The notes under the pieces were generated by a model. It worked only from the letters and a program-made list of their open reading frames with translations. It was not told the DNA's origin and did no database searches. From contig CAWFXL010000001.1 of assembly GCA_963819815.1 (NCBI GenBank), positions 736,001-800,000 of the forward strand: 64,000 nt of DNA, written 5' to 3'. A program made the position numbers and the translations under genes. The DNA comes from an uncultured bacterium. Its GTDB lineage: Bacteria > Babelota > Babeliae > Babelales > Babelaceae. Positions 60,401-64,000 of the stretch are shown here, one piece after another. Numbering within the stretch: position 1 is the stretch's first letter; every line of letters begins with the position of its first letter.

Positions 60401-61637
60401 TCACCACTGCTGGACAAGTGATAACGCACATGGCGTATCCTTTTATCAGCAGGCTTTAGTCTATGCATCAGAGGAAATGAAAGACAACATTCAACAAAAG
60501 ATAGACCAGGCTCAGACCTATGTTGAGCGTGAAAAATCCCGTATTATACGTCTTGATAAGCTCAAGAAACTCGTTAATAATGGCGACACAGCTCTACGAG
60601 CTCAAGCGCTGATTGAACTTGGTAAGCTAATCCATACGGACGAAACCCACCAAACTCCAGCTGCTTGGTTCCTCGATGCACTGAACGCCCTGGGTGATAC
60701 TGGCAATAGAGGACTTCGAGCTCAAGCGTGTATAGAACTTGGCAATACCAACTTTACTGATTCTCGACATACCCAAGTTCAGTGGTATCTCCATGCTCTC
60801 ACCATGCTCGATAGAGATCACGATCACGACCTCTATGCTGAAGCCCTTATAGGTCTTGGGGCTACAGACTACGTCGATGATACTCACAAAACTCAGGCTG
60901 ACTGGTTCTTAGATGCGCTCAGAATCCTAGGTAACGACGGTACTATAAGTCTCCGAGTAAAAGCTTACCTTGCTCTTGGCAATGGTCAGTATAGAGGTAT
61001 ACATAATGAATATGCTAATAGCTCTCATTGGTATCTAGAAGCACTCAGAATACTTGGCGATAAAGGTGATAACGTATTACGAGCTACCGCATGCATGGGT
61101 CTTGGTCGGGTGAGGTATTTAGATGCAACTCATACCCACAGCGGTCAATGGTACCTAGCTGCGCTTGCCATTCTTACTAACGGTGATGATACAAACCTAG
61201 AAGCTCAAGCTCTTCTTAACCTTGGTGACCTCAGATACCGGTGTAACCACCACCCTCCGACCTATTGGTACGAAAAAGCACTTACCGTTCTCGACAGAGG
61301 TGGCAGTAGAACTATACGAGCCCAAGTCCTTATAGGCCTCGGAGACTACTACTGTACTTGCGTGCCAAACGATATTCCGTTAGGAATAAAGAAATATCAG
61401 GAGGCTTTAGCGCATGCTCCAGAAGACCTGCAGGTCCTTATTAGAGAAAAAATAAACGCAAGGCAACCGTCTAGTCGACAAAAGAATGGGGGGGTTTTAG
61501 CTCAGGCTCCAGAGCACCTGCAATTCCTTACGAGAACAAAAAGGGAAACTCAGCAAGCAACTATTCGACAAGTAAGCCTTTTGCAGCGTGTCCAGCAGAT
61601 AAAAGACAAAATCGGCCAACCTGTCAGCTCTAAATAA
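57426..61637 (+). CDS. 1403-aa secreted TPR-like solenoid protein with 27 LGN-type repeats of about 40 aa
   Basis: Consensus RAQALIGLGNARY-x-D-x2-H...WYL-x-AL-x2-LG-x2-GD-x2-L; hydrophobic N-terminus; AAGGA RBS. Confidence 0.88.
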   Translation: MIRPSYVVILVGLLAIPHLTLPSCAAVLKKEAALVAPQKREYALLTPEQLQNMIHIHHELLTVEDSLTKNSETWYTIANEYRHRFDHQEAISFSTQIFELLTERSSSLAIKTHSARCLAKIMQRNGQLPEAHDWAMKAEAWGRTTSAYGETLYFLGYHYYYTLKNPNQGIAWYLKARQWSSNGKDMKIFIQSLISLGNAYYKDEAHQTDAQWFVEALEALTIYRDTELIAKAYIGLGNARYTDKKHKNHAQWYLNALDELGQDGDITLRAAALIGLGNARYTDKKKGREYWFKQALQVLGPRGDKNLRAQALMGLGNIKHTDETHRSHTWYLEARELLGENGDKDLRARACIGLGNAKYTDNTDSKLSTDAQWYLNALNLLGKDGTSNLQVQAFIGLGNVRHTDDTHPKSHAWYLEALALLGKNGDKELRARACIGLGNAKEPHATGQSYVQWYVDALGLLDKEEDRDLKAQTLMRLGHARHTDAQHPKQADWYVDARNTLSKEGTRDLRAEVCICLGNTRYVDDEIWSSEQWFLEALTILGDDGDRSLYAQALIGLGNAQYTNKKRDQSSWFREALQILGKNGVTTLRAQALIGLGNTRYVDKEHPTQAIWYQEALMVLEAESHGALYAQALIGLGNYYCGQRVNAKGITYFQQALTCAPAEMHPSIQQKIDHSQEIISTGSVCTSIDADLETLLILKEDRDVTVRAQALIRLANWGYTDRAHPKEVDWYLDALEVLGTSGSNDLRARALIGLGNKKYSTKTRDKNYWFVQALNLLENDGDPVLQAKALIGLGNGKYFHSGGRAHWYLKALSLLGENAPSEISAQALIGLGNARYTDNTHTSNTQWYVEALSILGKDREKNLQARALIGLGNARHVDETHANHALWFLDALRVLGEDGDRDVQAKAFIGLGNAQYVEKDKERSTWYLKALDVLGNDGNQDLQAQALIGLGNSRYVDETHPDHAQWYHDALTKLGDAGDKTVRANALVGLGNHHCWTSDNAHGVSFYQQALVYASEEMKDNIQQKIDQAQTYVEREKSRIIRLDKLKKLVNNGDTALRAQALIELGKLIHTDETHQTPAAWFLDALNALGDTGNRGLRAQACIELGNTNFTDSRHTQVQWYLHALTMLDRDHDHDLYAEALIGLGATDYVDDTHKTQADWFLDALRILGNDGTISLRVKAYLALGNGQYRGIHNEYANSSHWYLEALRILGDKGDNVLRATACMGLGRVRYLDATHTHSGQWYLAALAILTNGDDTNLEAQALLNLGDLRYRCNHHPPTYWYEKALTVLDRGGSRTIRAQVLIGLGDYYCTCVPNDIPLGIKKYQEALAHAPEDLQVLIREKINARQPSSRQKNGGVLAQAPEHLQFLTRTKRETQQATIRQVSLLQRVQQIKDKIGQPVSSK

Positions 61638-61656
61638 GTTGATGTAGGACGACCAA

Positions 61657-62631
61657 TCACTTCACCTGCGTTTCTTTTTCTTTCCCACGTTTGAGGGGAA
61701 AGCTCTCACCTTGCACAAAATGTTTTGTTCCTTGAGGTGCATAAAAATAGGTTAACGTACTCGATGCTAAGTCTTTACCCATAGTAATTACTGCATAAGC
61801 AGAAGTGCTATACCCATATCTCAGCGTATATTCAAGAGATGGGCTTGAAATCAGATGCCAAGATGAATCTGCATGCTGCAGACCCTTCATAGTTGCCCAA
61901 TCAATCTTTTGATCATCACTATCGATTATTCCCGCAAGAGTTCCTTCAGAATAATAGCAAAGATCATTCAAGTGACATACGGACTGTATCGGTCCATTAT
62001 TAACAGGATAGCATGCGATTCTATCAAATTGAGAACTATCAGCACCATAGGGTCCAATACGGACTGGCAGCTCATTAAGATTTTCAGCAAGAAGATAGAG
62101 TGCACGCGGCAGGGTTCCATAAAAAGCTCCTACCGTTCGTGCTTGAAGAAAAGACATCCCCTTGCTAAACAAGGAAAGGTCCTGCAATTTTCCAAGATCG
62201 TCCTGAGGACCACGAAGATACCAGACCATCTGGGAATTCTGTTCAATGAGTTGAGCAAGAGTCTCAAGCACCTGTCCATTAGTTGAAGTTGGCCCAAGGA
62301 ACGGACCATTCATGATCAGAAAGTGATCCTTTTTTAATGTCCCTTTCAAAGAAAGCACCGAGGATCGCGTAAGTTCATCAAGTATCTGCCTGAGCGACTC
62401 ATAATTGCCAAGAACATTTCCCAAGAGGATGATCTGCGAGCCTTCAGGTAGTGAGATAACAAAGGCTTGCTTACCTTGGTATCCTTCCTGCTTTCGCACA
62501 TCTGTAAGATGAGAAAGCGTGCGCATGAGCCGTTCTGCCGGCAGCGACCTTAGGTAGAGGATCTGAATTCCTCGTGCCAATAACAGTCCACCTAGAATCG
62601 CAAGGGGCCATACAAGATAGCGTACTTTCAT
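61657..62631 (-). CDS. Membrane-anchored, degenerate calcineurin-like (PPP) metallophosphoesterase-fold protein
   Basis: N-terminal TM; ILLGNVLG, IMNGPFLG and YLRGPQD occupy the positions of GDxHG, GDxVDRG and RGNHE. Confidence 0.55.
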   Translation of the reverse strand: MKVRYLVWPLAILGGLLLARGIQILYLRSLPAERLMRTLSHLTDVRKQEGYQGKQAFVISLPEGSQIILLGNVLGNYESLRQILDELTRSSVLSLKGTLKKDHFLIMNGPFLGPTSTNGQVLETLAQLIEQNSQMVWYLRGPQDDLGKLQDLSLFSKGMSFLQARTVGAFYGTLPRALYLLAENLNELPVRIGPYGADSSQFDRIACYPVNNGPIQSVCHLNDLCYYSEGTLAGIIDSDDQKIDWATMKGLQHADSSWHLISSPSLEYTLRYGYSTSAYAVITMGKDLASSTLTYFYAPQGTKHFVQGESFPLKRGKEKETQVK

Positions 62632-64000
62632 CTAGGCCTCTTTATCGATTTTTTGTTCGATCCATTCATGTTTTCCTACATCGAGCCACAATTCATGAAC
62701 GAGCTCACGGGTGTCAGGATCAAAGGTAAGAGGAAGACCCTTATACTGTTCGTCTTTCATCGTTGCTATAATCTTATTTATAGAATCGATTGAAAAGTCC
62801 GCAGCTTTACTGAGTATATGCAGCATTAAACTCGAACTAATGTACCCTTCTAAGGTAAATACATCAGCCAATGAGAGCCCTTGCTCACTCAATGCTCGAC
62901 GGAATTCTTTAACGATAGGTAAAGTACTCGTCATAGGATTTGGAGCAAACTGTGAGATAATCAGATCAAGACCACGCTGAGCTACAAACTTTTTAAATGA
63001 CTCATCAGCAAGATCAGATAAGGCAAACAGTTTTTTACCAATAAAGAATTCAACTCCTGCTTGGCGAATAAATTCGGTCGCTGCCAACGAGGTTGAAAAG
63101 AATCCAAGACCGGTAACTGATGCCTCTTTGATCTGCTTTATTTGCGAAGCAAATGTAGTAGTATTACGCTCATAGCCAACATTAACTGCCTGCTTAATCC
63201 CCTCTTTTTTAATCACCTGGTTCGACCCTTCCAAGGCACCAAGTCCGTAGGAATCGCTCTGATAAAGCAAGGCAAAGTTACGCACTTTAAGTGTATCGAT
63301 CATATACCGAGTAAGCGCGAGAGCTTCAGTCTTATAGGATGCTCGCCAATGGACAATTCCCTTAATATCTGCCTTCCTAAATATCGGGGCACCCGTTATC
63401 GGGAAAAAGAGAAAGATCTTTTCTTGCTTTACAAGATCAATATACGTTTCTAGCGTTGGACTTCCAAGATTGCAAAGAAAGAGATTACTCGAATATTTCG
63501 TGATAAATTCTTCAACATTTTGGCGGGCCTTTTCTGGCGAATACTCGTCATCCATAAATACTACGCGCACCGTTTGACCATTAATACCCCCTTCTGCATT
63601 TATTTTATTTATACGGAGTGCAATACCATCCCGTACAGCTCTCCCTATGGGCGATCCTCCCTTTGTAAGATCAAGTGTACACCCAATATATAAAGGAGCC
63701 TTCTCCGGTTTTTTCACCGCATGGTTTTGGCCTTTCTTGCAAGCCTCAAGCTCTTTTTGAACTTTTAAAGAGGGTATAAAATGATTTTCGCCCTGTGGTA
63801 AAATCAATGCTGTATTCATAAGACTTCTGCCTGTCATAGCCTCATAGTAAGCTCGTTTATGAAAGCCATCAAGCTCTACAACATCTTGTGCATAGAGAGT
63901 AAGCACACTTTGAGGAAAAGGATTCTCAATCGTAAGAATGACAAATGCATCGTACAGGAAAGAAAAGTTATGGCGATACCAAAAGTTAGGAGCACTAAAC
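62632..64000 (-). CDS. Type I periplasmic (branched-chain amino-acid-like) binding protein with an additional N-terminal domain; 5' end outside the window
   Basis: INAEGGING, DDEYSP, LGSPT, WRASYKTE, YQSDSYG, TLEGYI. The frame stays open to position 64000 and begins FSAPNFWY. Confidence 0.82.
   Translation of the reverse strand, partial: FSAPNFWYRHNFSFLYDAFVILTIENPFPQSVLTLYAQDVVELDGFHKRAYYEAMTGRSLMNTALILPQGENHFIPSLKVQKELEACKKGQNHAVKKPEKAPLYIGCTLDLTKGGSPIGRAVRDGIALRINKINAEGGINGQTVRVVFMDDEYSPEKARQNVEEFITKYSSNLFLCNLGSPTLETYIDLVKQEKIFLFFPITGAPIFRKADIKGIVHWRASYKTEALALTRYMIDTLKVRNFALLYQSDSYGLGALEGSNQVIKKEGIKQAVNVGYERNTTTFASQIKQIKEASVTGLGFFSTSLAATEFIRQAGVEFFIGKKLFALSDLADESFKKFVAQRGLDLIISQFAPNPMTSTLPIVKEFRRALSEQGLSLADVFTLEGYISSSLMLHILSKAADFSIDSINKIIATMKDEQYKGLPLTFDPDTRELVHELWLDVGKHEWIEQKIDKEA

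Overview
This 64 kb window is bacterial chromosome, about 40% GC by eye. The many signal-peptide-bearing ankyrin, TPR-like and helical paralog genes plus amino-acid uptake systems suggest a host-dependent organism, plausibly Dependentiae/Babeliae (inference, not verified). The core block on the minus strand runs tRNA Tyr-Gly-Thr-Thr, rpmG, tRNA-Trp, secE, nusG, rplKAJL, rpoB, rpoC, tRNA-Val, rpsO, pnp, rph and a putative holA. glmM, murA, tsaE and atpG lie elsewhere in the window. Main observations: (1) two paralogous AAA+/DUF4143 ATPase-nuclease genes each have three 22-bp pseudo-palindromic boxes at 32-33 bp spacing abutting a sigma70 -35, with a different box sequence per paralog, and one gene is bracketed by 24-bp direct repeats; (2) a 39-codon argG deletion scar sits inside an ArgR-regulated arginine ABC operon; (3) rpoB and rpmG are frameshifted, probably by assembly indels, although the rpoB break lies near the archaeal split site; (4) a 1403-aa protein has 27 LGN-type repeats in three capped blocks; (5) a PPP-phosphatase-like domain appears fused to a periplasmic binding domain next to a pseudo-phosphatase. 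I saw no CRISPR array, rRNA, transposase or integrase.
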